This document shows positions 50,201 to 62,830 of a stretch of DNA of 64,000 nucleotides, piece after piece. Positions within the stretch are counted from its first letter, which is position 1, and every line of letters starts with the position of its first letter. The position numbers were made by a program, and so were the translations under genes. Origin of the DNA: Lama guanicoe (taxonomy: Eukaryota); assembly GCA_013239625.1 (NCBI GenBank), contig MU054323.1, positions 744,001-808,000 of the forward strand, given 5' to 3'. The notes below the pieces were generated by a model. The model worked only from the letters and a program-made list of their open reading frames with translations, was not told where the DNA came from and did not search any database.

Positions 50201-53200
50201 TGATCATCTCACGGTAAAAATGCCGGTCAGCGCAGCTACTTAGTATAAAAGCAGAAGTTTGTAAAAAGAACAAAGCAGAGGGATCAATTTCAACGCCCTG
50301 AATATATTCTAAACGTTGTTCCTCTTAGTAATCAAAAGGGTGCAAATTCACAGCTGCAGTAGCCAAAGCTTACTTAACACAGTAACGCACTTCATTCCTG
50401 TTCAAGGTCAGTTCAAAAGCACTGGTCTTGACCACTTTGCCAGAAATGGAGCCCTGACATTAAGGAGAGAAAAATTAATAGATTCATTTGGCTTAGTCAT
50501 TATTCTCCCCAGCCCCTTTTGCTAATTCCTTGAATCACGTTTTCCACCGAGAAAAACATCTGTCTTGTGGCTGAATCAACTTGACTCGAGTTGCAAAATG
50601 TAAAGAGTAAAAGAAAGAAAGAAAAGGTTGAAATCCTCTCCAAGCTCATCGAAATGAATTTAGACAGCTCATTTTGGTGATGATCCACTTAAAATTATAT
50701 TTGTGATCTGGGAAATACTTTGGAAAGGCAAATTAAGAGAGTGGGAGACCCTCCATCAGCAATCTGTACCCTCAACCCTGTACATTTACAGACAGATGGG
50801 CGTCCGGAAGTTCAGTGTTGCTTTCAGAGAGGACGCTCCTGCCGGAAACCCGAATACACAGAGAAGGCGGCACAGTCACCGTGGAACTTCCCTGTTTGGA
50901 CTGATCCAGCAAGACCACAATTAAAGCAAACAAACAAACTCACCAAGTTTATCTCCAGATTTATGTGGAAGTCCAGCCCTGCTCCGGATGACTCAACCAT
51001 GCACTGTCCTGGTTTAAACTTCACCCTGCAGCTGGCGTTCCCAGGCTGGTATCTGTGGCCGCAAGTGACTAAATTTGAAAGCTGTGCCCTGCATCTGCAC
51101 TAGGGCACCCGGTCCTCATGGACAGATCAAGTGCTGTTTAGGCTGTTTCTAAATTCCACTTGAAGATAGCAAATTGTTATTCAAGCACTAGGGCTGGGGC
51201 TGCCTGGCAGTTCCCACCAGCTGAGAACCCAGCTAAACAGATTAATCTCAGGTCATTCGGTGGCGTGGAGAGTGGAGTGTGGGAAACACACTGCAGAGAC
51301 AGTGGAGGCTCACCTCTCACTTACCAGCCTATGGCCTTGGCCGTGAGGTTGAGAACCAATGTGCTAGACTAAGGATGTGTTCCAGTGTCAAATCCACTTT
51401 TCATCCCGTAGCTCACAAGTAAATGGTTATTTTTAGAATTGATGGATTTAAGAGAAATGAAATCAGGACTTCCCATTGTATGGGTTTCACATTCATTTTG
51501 TCTTGGGAGTGAGTTCATTTATGGGTGTCAGCTGGCACAAACCAAGGCTCAAAAAGGAAGCAGGGAGAGCATTTCGTAAGCCCCCAGTGTGGACCAGGCT
51601 TTGTGCTGAGTGCCTGTCATACAGGATCAGAATCCCGAAGGCTGGGGCTGCATGATTACAATGTCTTTACTCTTTCTATTCCCCCAGCCTTGGTTTACTC
51701 ATCTGAAAAAAGGATCAGACAGAAGCTAGACCGGATGACCTCACAGATCCCTCGAAACTGTTAGCTTCCATGAAATTTCCAAGGCAAAAAACGCTCTCTG
51801 TAAATCTTTGTTAAAATAGAAAACCCAGGTGTTAAATGCAACATTTGCTTACTTGCGACAAAAAAGCAAAAAACAAAAACCAGAAAACAATCAACCCATT
51901 GTATGCAGCAATTAATTAACATGACTCACTAATGTCTTGTCCGTTACAGACCAGGCATCTCTCGGAACCAACACCGGCAGCTCCCATTGGGCTCTGCCCA
52001 GAATGTTAGCAACTCAGGGCTGTCCCTCCTGGGGCGTGACCCAGAAGATGCTCGGGGCGCACATGGCAGGCGCCCCCTTCCTACCCTGCGCCGGGGCCGC
52101 AGGTTGGCATGGTGACGTCCGAGACAGTCCTCACTGGATTCCTCCCTTCCCTTTCAGGCTATTCTCACTGTGTGAGATCTTGCTCCAGAAGAACAGAGAA
52201 ATCCTGAGGGCGAGGTCTGATGTCAGGGCAGAACAAGCCAGTCTTTGTCAGGCCCTTCAAGGAGGAGGCCCGACCAGGGCTCCCGGGACGCACACAGAGG
52301 GGCCTGTGCTCGCTCTGCCTGGAGTGGCAGGGCGGCTCTGAGCTGCGCTGTGGGGGCCCTCCGCTGGCCCAACCCGAGCCCTCTTCCTCGCGGACACCAG
52401 AACCAGGCAAAGTGGAGGATCTCCACCTGGCACCCGCAGGCATTCCACACAGAAAAGGGTAAGGCAGAGCTTACCGCCCACAGAGACACCAAAAATCACC
52501 CCCAAGACATCCCACCCCCTTCAGCTCTCCCCCTAGTCTCCCATTCAGCACGGCAACCCTCTCCCTAAGTCATCCTTAGTTCACTCCTCCATCCTCTCTC
52601 AACCCACTGTCTGCGCACCCCCGCTCCTGCCTCCATCTCCTCCTTGCCACCCCCTCCACTCCAGACCCACCAGTGCCTCCGAGAAGCCATTGGTTCAGGG
52701 AACTCTCCAGCCTCCGGTCTCCTAAAAGGCCTGGCTTGTTCTAACGGCACCGGAGTCCCACACTAGTGATGTCTGACTGCGTCTGTCATGTTGCCGATCC
52801 AGCTTTGAGACCCCATCACCTTGACTAGTTCTGCACACAGGAGAGGTCTAGTAAACAGCCTTCAAACGCCTGGACCCACAGCACATCCCAGAAACTGACT
52901 TTGAATAGAACAGTCAAGTGAGGCTTTAGATCAAAGGAAAAACAGCGAAGAACGCTTGCTGAGCCCTTACCACGTGCCAGCCCCACTCTGCGCCCTGCCG
53001 TGCATGAACTTGTGTCGTGATCAGAGCAGCCCTGTGAGGCAGGACTGCTGGCTCTCCTCACTCTGCAGATGAGGAAGATGGAGGAGAAAGGTCCAGCCAA
53101 CCTGAGCTCCCCACAGGTGGATCCCAGCCCCGGCATCCGGCTTCAGTCTGCACCACTAACCACAGCGTCACACAGCCTCTCACAGCGACCACGTGAAAAC

Positions 53201-56200
53201 AAATCTCACCCAAAGTCCACTCCGACGCATGCCATTTGTTCCGTGGCCTTCCCTAAAACTAGGGACACAGGCTTTTGCGAATGTCACCACATTTCCGGCT
53301 CCTTGTATGCTACGTTATAACAACGGAAGGAAATCGGTAGACGGCCACGGCCCTTCTTCCCTGGCTAGCAGCAGAGTCAGGCGAGAAAGAGCTGACGTGC
53401 GGGGAAGGCGTCCTGTGGGGAACGGGTGGCCCCGCGGAGGTCCTCAGAGGGAACATCTCCAAGCCTGCGTCCAGCATGAGCAGTCCTGCAGAGCTCCTCT
53501 CTCTGCCACTTTTGCAGTCTGGCCTGACCCCTGGGTTCCTTCCTGCTTTCCAGGAAGGGTGCCCGACACCTGGAAATAGAATCAGCTGTCTTATCAGGTA
53601 GTGAGCACCCCGTCGCTGGAAGCACGCGAGCAGACACCTGCCTGCAGGGCAATGTGTAGTGTGTCTGCTGGCACCAGAGGGATCTGCAGAGGATTTGGGG
53701 ACATGTGCACGCCCGACTCCACGATGGGGTGCCCCTGCTCCGCCCAGTCCTGCGTCTGGAAGTGCTGGGTGCGGCCCCTTCCAAGGCTGACACTTAGTTG
53801 TAGAAGCACCTCCTGGGTTTACCAGAAGCTTCACTGTTCATAGACAGGGGGACACAGAGCGCGTATGGCCGAAGAGGGGCACTTAGAGGAGTGTTTGAAT
53901 CCTGACCGCCTGACAGCTGTGGGCCTTGGTCAGGACACTTCATTCCCTGAGCTCGGCTTCCTGTTCTGGAGCTGGCGTTGAGACGCCCTCCTGGTGTGCT
54001 ATAAGCATCCAGCACCTCAGTGTGCACAGAGCTTGGCACGTCCTGGGACACGTGCGGGTCAGCAAGGTCAAGGCTAACCCATGCATCCATCTTCCACACG
54101 TGTGACTGGAGGTCATCAGCACTAGGCTCTGTGCTACAGTAGAATAAATTCTATATAGTATATATGTGCATATACATATATATGCACTTACACTATATAC
54201 TTCTATATATGAGGGTGTGTATACACACAACCACACAGACACATACAGACAGATACATATTTTTTCCCCGAGAGAAAGACAGAAGGACAGATATAGTTTA
54301 AAAATCTCTTGTAGTTTTTACTGCAAAGGAACAGACCCAGTTCTTTGTACAGTTGAATTTTGACATCAGACAGCTATGCCAGCTATGCTGTTAAATCTGT
54401 GTTTCTGGATGATGGAACTGGATTCCTCCTCCTCCTCCTGCTTCTTTTCTTGATCCCCATCATCCTGTTCTGCTCACTCACACCTCCATGGGGTCACAGA
54501 AGAAATGAACTCTTATTAGTCAGTTTGATTCTTTTTAGTCACTGCTGGGAACGAGGTGGGAAGATGAGAAGGTGGCGACTAATAGATTTTTAAAAAGCAG
54601 AGTTGAGGCATTATCTGTGTGTGATGACGAGCACTCTGGCTATTTCCTCCCCGCCACCAACCCCGAGAATTGAGTGTTGGCCTTCATTTATGAGAGTGCT
54701 GTTCCAGACTCTCTCCCAGATTCCCAACTCTTACTCATCCTTCAATGCCCAACTCATATGCCCCACTTTGGAAGCCTTCCCTGACTCGCTTGGGCAGAAA
54801 GCAGCCTCCCTCTCTGGACCCACATCCCCTTGTTCACATGCCGGGGCTCTAACCCACCATCTGCTCCATGACGGATGGTTTCTCTGTCTTTGTCACAAGG
54901 TTATGAACCCCTTGAGGGGTTGACCACGCTTGATACGCCTTGATGCTCCCAGGCCCAGCACAGCGTCTGTTGCCTGGTAAGGGCTTAGTTCTTATCTGTT
55001 TAACATCTGTGTACATTTCTAAAGGGAACACTCTTATTTTTGTCTTCAGCAGAGAGAGGGTTAAGAAATACAGTTAACGATTTGTTTTCTGACTAGAAAA
55101 AAACAGATCAAGATCTAAATCCATCATTTCTACTGGAAGAGCATGGGCTACCACCGGCCACTCTCTCCCACTAGAAACAAGGCTTGTTGTTCTAACCACT
55201 CACCAGCAACCTGGTACCAAGACTGCACGTGAGATGCTGTCAGCATTTCCCGTTCCCCAGGGCACTGGTGGTGGAAAGGCCAGGTATCGCCTACCCTCAC
55301 TGCCATATCACTCAGGTGATCGGTATGGACCTACTTTACAGCGGAGGAAACTGTGATCTTATAATGTTACAAGGAGTGGATGTCAAATAAGCACTTTAGA
55401 GAGCAGGGGGTCAAATAAAATTAGACCCTTTGCTTTGTAAAACTACGGTCTTGCCAGGCCATCCATCTTTGCTGACAGCACTGTGACCAGCTCTGAGCTG
55501 TGTTCAGGGTGGACTCAACCCTCTCGGCTTGACCTCCAAGGTCCCCAGATAATACTTGCAGCTTGTCTATCTGAACGAGTCTTTCACACTCTCAGACGCA
55601 GCTCAGCGCACCCCCATGGCTGCAGGGAATGACAGCTTGTGCTTCTGCGCCTGGACACATGGAACCGTCCCTGAAGTTTCCCACTCACCTGGCGGACTCC
55701 TCATCTCTAGGACTGAGTGGAGACAGCGTGTCCAGGAAGCTTCCCCGGCTCTGTCCCTCCCCTGGGGTCAGGCGTCCCTCCTCTTGGCTCCCTAACACCC
55801 ACTCTAATCATAATACTGAGAAGTGGCGTGCTGCTAGTCACTAGCAGGTCTCCCAGGAAAACCGGAAACAACCTGAGGGCAGGTGCTGGATCTTGGCATC
55901 GCTACCCCCTGTATCTGGCGCTGGTGCTGACACAGAACAGGTCCTCACAAGTTTGCTGAATGGCAGGATCCTCCCTCCTCTCTGAAGGCGAGACTTGGCA
56001 GTCATCTAGGTGAATGAACCCCGAGACAATTGGTGCAAATGACTTGTGGGAGGTTCCAGTGGAAAATTCCCACTCTAGCAAGTTGGTTTCACAATGACCA
56101 AATTAGGACAACTGCTCACTTGGACCTAATTTGTGGATGTATGTTCTCTAGGCAGCCTTGGACCAGTGCCCTGCCGTGGGCTCTGAGCACGGGGCCAAAG

Positions 56201-56689
56201 CTCATTCATCTCCAGAGTCTCGGTACATAGCGCCCAATACAGGGTTTTGAATGAAGGTCTAGTACTCTTCTGGCCAAGAGCATCCTTCTTTACTTCTATT
56301 TAGGGATGTTTCAGGGATGAGTTGTTTGAGGTGCTCTGGGGAAAAGGAGGAGTGGTAGAGGAATTTCTGGAAAAGCCACTCAGAACAGGAAAACCCAAGT
56401 CTTCACAGGGCCTTCTGAGACCCACACCACCTGCCCTCCTCTCTGTCCTCACCTCCCTCCCCTGTCCCTCGTTCCTTCTGCTCCAATCCTGTTGGCCACC
56501 TGCTGGTCCTTAAGCCCCAAGCACATCCCCACCTCAGAGCCTCTGGTCCAGTTTCCCTTCTAGCCTCGCTCCCTCACTCTGTCTGGGTCCTGCTCCAATG
56601 ACACCTTATCAGGGAGGCCTCCCCGGCCTCCTGCCTAACATAGCGATGCCTGTTCCCCGCCTTCCTATCCTTCTGGCTTTATTTATTTA

Positions 56690-56798
56690 TTTATGCTTGA
56701 AAATTTTTTTTTGATATTTCATGTAGTATTTTTTTATTGAGTTAGAGTCAGTTTGCAATGTTTTGTCAATTTCTGGTGCACAGCTCTTCAGTCACACA

Positions 56799-56841
<43 letters not shown>

Positions 56842-57105
56842 TCATTTTTATATTAGTTTTCACCATGAGCTACTACAAGTATTAAATATATTTCCCTGTG
56901 CTGTACAGTATGAACTTGTTTATCCATTTTATATATACCTGTCAGTATCTGCAAGTCTCAAACTCCCAGTTTATCCCTTCCTACCTCCCTCCGCCCTGGC
57001 AACCACAAGTCTGAATTCTATGTCTGTAAGTCTGTTTCTGTTTTATATATAAGTTCATTTGTCTTCTTTTTAAATTTTTTTAATTTAATTTTTAATTTTT
57101 TTTAG
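56690..57105 (-). mobile_element. L1 3' UTR fragment (sense to CYRIA) with internal (AT)n, inserted in an L2 remnant
   Basis: Reverse complement resembles 43760-44065 (TTTCCCTGTGCTGTACAG, TCTCAAACTCCCAGTTTATCCCTTCC). T-rich tail with TTTATT at 56733-56738. Confidence 0.85.
56793..56840. repeat. (AT)n microsatellite inside an L1 3' UTR
   Basis: Direct reading. Confidence 0.9.
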
Positions 57106-57834
57106 TTTTGCTCTCCCGCCTCCACCTAGATTGCAGTGATCAGAACACTTCGTACTGCCTGATACCAAGTATGTTCTTGGACTTGCTGACACGCCCCTGA
57201 CTCCAGCCGAATGCAAGCTCCAGAACAGGAGTCCTATTTTATTTCGTCTTGTCCTGGAGCCCTAACACCTAGAATGCCCCTGCCGTGTAGCGCGTGCTCC
57301 ATAAATATCTGGGGGGTGAACGGGTGGCTGGAAACACGAATGCCCCACAGGAGTTCAGAGCCAAGGAAGCAAGCCAGGGACGCAGCCCTGGATGAACACG
57401 GGCTTGAAACTGAACTGTCTCGGGCCCCCACATCAGTTGACCCCAGTGGTCAGCGCCTGCCTCTGGGTCTTGGAAGTATGCTGGTCTGAAGGGTGAGCTA
57501 GTTTTCAGCTGGTATCTCAGGAGACAAAGGAGGCACTCAAGGGGCTAGGAGGGAGTGAGCCCCGAAGTTGGAGGTAACAGAGCAAACCTTCCAATGGCCG
57601 AGCTGCAGAGGGCAATCTGGCCACAGGAGGGAGGGGAGGCTGCTACTGCATAGGGACTCTGAAATCCGAAGCAGCTGGAAATAGCCCCTCCCTTCTTTAA
57701 CTGGGTGGAACTCAGGCTGTGTGGAGATGAGGCTCGTCCCTAGATTTTAGGCACAGGTTCAAATGCAACCCAGTGGGGGCTCAAAGCTCTATTTAAATAC
57801 CTCTGATCAGGTTGGACAGGGAAAGAAGCTGGCA

Positions 57835-58050
57835 TTTTCTGACGTTTACTATAAGCAAGAAAGTACACTACTGCATTAGGGTCTCCTTTGAGCCTCCGCA
57901 CAAGCCTGCAACACAAGAGAGACAGGCCCGTCTCACAGAGGGGGAAGCAGAGGCTCAGGAATTGAACACAATCTAGGCAAAATCACTCAACCAATAAATA
58001 GCAGAACTGAGATGTGAAGTCAGGTCTGTCTCATTTCAAAAGCTCTTCTC
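57835..58050 (-). mobile_element. MIR fragment
   Basis: ACAGAGGGGGAAGCAGAGGCTCAG..AAATCACTCAACCAATAAATAGCAGAACTGAGATGTGAAGTCAGGTCTGTCT. Confidence 0.65.
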
Positions 58051-59257
58051 TTTCCTCTGAATGACGCTCAGTCAGGGACCACTCCGGGGAAAGAAACCGT
58101 AAGGGGAAGAAAGGAAAGGAGCAAAAGAGAAACCTGCTCCCCTCCCCCAAGAATGAGAATCTGGTATAAGAAACAAATCTGGCGTAAAACAATCACAAGA
58201 ACTCAGAATTGGAAAACACCATAGGAATCAACTGGTCTTGCCTCTGTCCTGGGCTCAGCCTTCTGAAATGCTTCTGATTTTAGTTTTTAAGGAAACTCAG
58301 GATGGCTTGATGAAAAAGAAGAGCTTCAGGAAAGGACAGCAGGAGGTGACGGCAGCAGCTGCTAAAAGAGTAGCGGGTATGTGGTCCTCTCGGCTTATTG
58401 CCATCTCCTCCTGGGTCCTGACCTTGGATGTGTGGGTGCCCTGCCCCAGCGGGAAGGAGATGCGCTAAGACAGCACAGCTCAGGATGCTGAATCCTGAGC
58501 AGATCCTTCATCATCTGGGAGGGATGCCAGGTCCAAGTCCAATGGAGAAGTTCACGTGGATGTGGCCCTCTCCTTCCGGATAAGGAGAAAAATGTCCAGG
58601 ACTGATTGGGCGGAGCTGAGAGGAGGGAGGTAACCACGTGCTGGCGGTGAGGGGAGAGGACAAGGCGCTGGGGCTGGGGCCCGTGGCGCCCTTGGATGAC
58701 AACTTTACAAGCCGAGTTTACCTCTAAGAATGCTTATGGCAAGTGAGATGCCAACCAGACCTCTGGCAGGAGACCTAAATTCCATCCCAGGCCGGCTGCT
58801 TCTCTCCCTGCTGGTCCCAGTCTGGATGGCCAGGATGGGCAGAGAGGAACTCCCACACGGATTCTGCAGGGAGAGAGCCACCTACAAGTGCCACTCTATT
58901 GTGCTCTCCCCCGGCATGCAGTTCCAAGCGACTCATTTCCTGCCTAAACACTCAAGAGACTCAAGGCAGCGATGGCTCCCACTCAGAAGGCAGTGAGAGA
59001 ACCCAGGGAGGTTTTAACCACTTCAAAATCACAGCTTCTTTGAAACGTACATTAATTATTAATCACGCCCTTGTGTTTCTCCTTTTGCGTGCACGTGGTG
59101 TTAGGAAACACGGCTTCCAATCAAAGAGGACAAATCTGATGGAATGGCTTCCTGAATCCTTCCAGATACCCTGCAAGCATACACATCACAATCTCTGCAC
59201 CAAAAACGCTGGTCATGCTCCAGCTGTCTGCTATGAGCCAAGACAGTTGTTTCTTAC

Positions 59258-59412
59258 CTGGAGATGTCTCCTGTGACACAGATTCACCAATCCAGGCTGG
59301 TGGAACAGACCAGAAGAGCAGCTGTTTGGCCGAGACAAGTCTGGCTCCCCAAATCAGGGCTGTGGCCCTCAGGAGTCCTGCGGTTTCTCTGTCCTTAGTG
59401 AGTGATAATCCG
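59258..59412 (-). other. CYRIA: Probable non-coding 5' UTR exon of CYRIA (155 nt)
   Basis: Acceptor cattcccttttag|CGGATT and strong donor CTCCAG|gtaaga. No ATG inside. Spliced to 30549 it places an in-frame TGA 39 nt before the start ATG. Size and position fit my recollection of the human non-coding exon 2. Confidence 0.75.
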
Positions 59413-62400
59413 CTAAAAGGGAATGCAAGCCTTGTTACTACAAGAGGCCACTTCCTCTTCCCCTCTCATCAGAACACATTCTTTTAAGGAGAGCAGCGAG
59501 AGTCCCAGAATCACAGGTTCCTGGGGCTGGACGAAACTGCTGTGCCACTCCTGTCTACAGCTTCCGTTTTGTCGTCGGGGAAGCCGAAGCTCAGAGGGGA
59601 AAACAGCCCGGTTCGGGGGTTCAGCAACACGGGATGGGGAGGCTCCAGATCAGAACATGTCTCTGACTCTTCGGCCCCTGGAATTTTTTAAAAAGCAGTC
59701 ACACTGTCAAGCTGACTTAAACAAGTGGTCGTTGACCCTGAATGGACGTCTTTTTTTGTTTGTTTGTTTGTTTTAAAATGGATTTTCAAAAAGGGAGGAG
59801 GTGGCACTTTTTCCAGATTGCTGTTTTTGTAGTTTTACCCCTGGGAGCTAAATTAGTAAAACAGCCCCTCTCAGTCATGTGGTTGGGATGGTTTTCCATG
59901 AGAAAAATACCGCCGTGGAATAACGGAATCCCTGATCACAGCGGGAGGCGGGCTTTGGTTTTAGTGAGGGACGCGCACGCACCCAGCTGCTGGCCCTCCT
60001 CGTCTCTCCTGGTCTCTGTCTCTGTCTCTGTCTCTCCATGTTTCAGGAAAACACGGTATCATTTATCATGTGATTTTTCTGACCACTGTACATTTGAACA
60101 GCCACTCCTCTGGACAGAAAACCAAAATCAAAGAAGGGACCTCACATTTCTTAAGCAAATAACATTTATATCTACAAGGCACACCATGTGAATCTTCTAG
60201 ATATATCTCCCTACTTTGGCCTCCAAAACTCCTCTGGAGGTACCACGCACTCCACTGTCCCAGAGGGTTAGGGAACCGAGCTTGAGAATACTAGAATGAT
60301 CTGCTGAGTCTTGGAGAAAATTCGGTGCAGAACCAGATGTGAATTCATCTCTGTGTTTGGTCCATCTAAACTGGACTACAGCTATTAGGCCAAAACACAA
60401 AGGAATTGTCTTGTTTCTCCAGTGTGTTAGCTTGAAGGCAGGAGAGAGCTCTCTGGAAGCTGTTCATGGTGTAAGGACATGAAGGGTTGTTCTTGTAAGG
60501 CCGCTGCTCTTTCAGAGAGGATGCTCGAAAGGCCGTGGCTTCCTGTGTGTTTCCAGCCAGGGCTCATGCGCCCCAGAGAAGCCGGGCTGGCCCTGGCTCC
60601 GAGCAGCCAGAGGAAATCATGGCTATCAACGCCCGGCCTCTGTTCCTGTTCTCAGACCAGGGGCACGGCTGGAGAGATGAGGTGGGGGTGGAGAAAGAGG
60701 AAGAAAAAACAGGAAGTGGGGGGGGGCGGGGAGGAGGGAAGGAAATGATAGAGAAAACACAGCAACTCTGTAGTCTCTGGCCTGATGAGAAAGTGATTTT
60801 CTGGGCCCTGCATTTTGGGAAACCAGGTCATGGCGGCAGCCGGGAGAGAAGTGGGTTTCCTCCAGATTTGGGGCTGAGCCTGTGAATTCCCATCAGAGCC
60901 CAGGCTGAGGAGAAGGGGGCCTGACACAGGTGCTGTTTCCCACGGGCACCTGGTGTAGACACTAAAGAGGGGGAATTTCTAAAGAAGAGTCCCCAGGTAA
61001 GAAGAGCAGGGCCCTCACCTCTTAGCTGGGGCGGCGAGGCCAGCCCTGCAGCAGAAGGACCTGGACACGGGAGGCGCTACTGCAGTGATCAGGCATCAGG
61101 GGGCGCTGTCCCACCCCCACCACTTTCTCAAATGCTCTCAAAATGATAACCCACTTTTCCTACCACAAAACTAAAAGGGTCAGGGCAGTGGGATGCGAGT
61201 CTCCTCCAGACCATGACCCTAAGGCACTTCCAGAATCTTTTCCTATCCATTTTGTCCTCTACTTATTTGCAGACACTTCAGAAGTTCCCCAGTTCCCAAC
61301 AGGCACCATTAAGGATGCCAGTCACCTGGTAAAAGGTGAACAACCACACAGAGAGACGACCCTAATAAGAACCTAATCATACTGCAATACCAGTGCTAAT
61401 AGGACTTCACAGCCTCCTGATGGGTAGGGGGAGGAGGGCAGGGAACACAGCCCCTTCACGGGCATGCCTTCAGATGCCAGTCCCACCCACTCCCGTGGTT
61501 CCCCAGACTGGTTGTGCATCTGGAGAAGTTAACAAAAAGTACAGCCACAACCTGGAGTCAAGGCCAAGCTCCTGAGTTTGTCACCAGCTGGCTGTGGTCC
61601 ACGGACCAGTGTTTAGATGACCTGGATCCTAACCCAGCCTTCACCATGTCCCATCTCCTCCATCTTATTGATTGGATCACAGAGACCCAATCAAGGCGGA
61701 AGCTCGCTTCTCCCACCATCCAAATAAACACAGAGTGATGAAAAGTAAGCGCATCTTTGAGAGGAGTCCAAGCTTTTTGAAGGGATGGCTGGTGGTTTCC
61801 TGTTTGAGTCACCCGTGGGCCAGAGGTCCAGCGGGGAGAACGGAGACCACGCAAGGACAGACACAGCTCCCATTTCGGGTCCCCACCAGCAGCCCAGCCT
61901 CACACAACAGCGACGCCACTTTGCTTCTGTCGCCAGTGGTTTCGGATGGCCGGAGCTGTGGCCACAGTCCCTCTGCTCCATGGAGGAGACCAACACGACC
62001 TGAGACTGTCAGGAGGCGGCACCTGCCGCGCCTGGCAGCCAGCAAAGTGCTCTTCAGTATCTTATCTTCTTTGGCCATTTTAAGAGACGTGCAAAGCAGG
62101 GGCCATTAACCTATTTTAAAAACGGGGAAGCTGAAATCCAAGTACACACAATGACTCTTCCAAGGTCACACAACAACCGAAACTAGAAACTAGAACACGC
62201 ACCTCCTGACCTCCAGGCTGGTGACCTGTGACCCCTGCACTGCCTCCTGCCCCGCCCCCCGCCCTTCAGGGGAGGAGCAGAGAAACAGCTTAGAACAGCT
62301 GCCCGGCTTCCACTTTTGAATGGTTCCAGAAGTGGGAGGGCTGGGCGGGGGGCAAACCGAGAGAAGGCAATATTGATGGTGAGGGGTCTGAGGAGCCTGG

Positions 62401-62669
62401 AGGACTGTCTCCCTGCCCTGCAGGCTGGGAAGACATGGACTCCAAGGGCAAGATGGCAGCGTGCTTGTTCAAGTCCCCGGTCAACCAGCAGCAGAGCCTA
62501 CACCCTGAGTCAGGACCCCTCTCTCAGGACAGCCTCTGTCCCCCAGCACCGCACGCACCTGCCCACGAGAAGACAAATGGGATGGTCTGTAGATAACAAA
62601 CACCATCCCCGTTCATCAGGTATCCTCAGGGCTTCCGGTGTCACTTAACTTGGGACATCTGGTAACTCC

Positions 62670-62830
62670 TGAAACCTCACAGCAGCCACACCAGACAGAT
62701 GGACCTCATTCCCATCCCATTTTACAGATGAGGAAACTGACACAAGGGGTTTGGCCAATGGGTTTGGCTTTTGAGTAGTAGAACCAAGATCTGAATTCAG
62801 GCAGTCTGGCTTGGATTCCTGCTTCTAGCC
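62670..62830 (-). mobile_element. MIR fragment
   Basis: ATCCCATTTTACAGATGAGGAAACTGA..AGTAGTAGAACCAAGATCTGAATTCAGGCAGTCTGGCT. Confidence 0.75.

Larger units (their letters stand above)
3620..59412 (-). other. CYRIA: CYRIA (FAM49A) transcription unit, partial (first exon/promoter probably outside window to the right)
   Basis: Ten spliced coding exons give a 323-aa protein [37 protein letters not shown]...[11 protein letters not shown]...TSKQIRAMLQ that I recognise as CYRI-A (DUF1394 family). Arg at position 10 (Cys in CYRI-B) and YYRR at R159/R160 favour paralogue A. The 3' end is approximate. Confidence 0.97.

Noticed and set aside
51937..54242. Dense cluster of 80-174 aa ORFs
   Set aside because: GC-rich intron with few stop codons. 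ORFs occur in many frames on both strands, with low-complexity P/G/R/S composition and no family signature.
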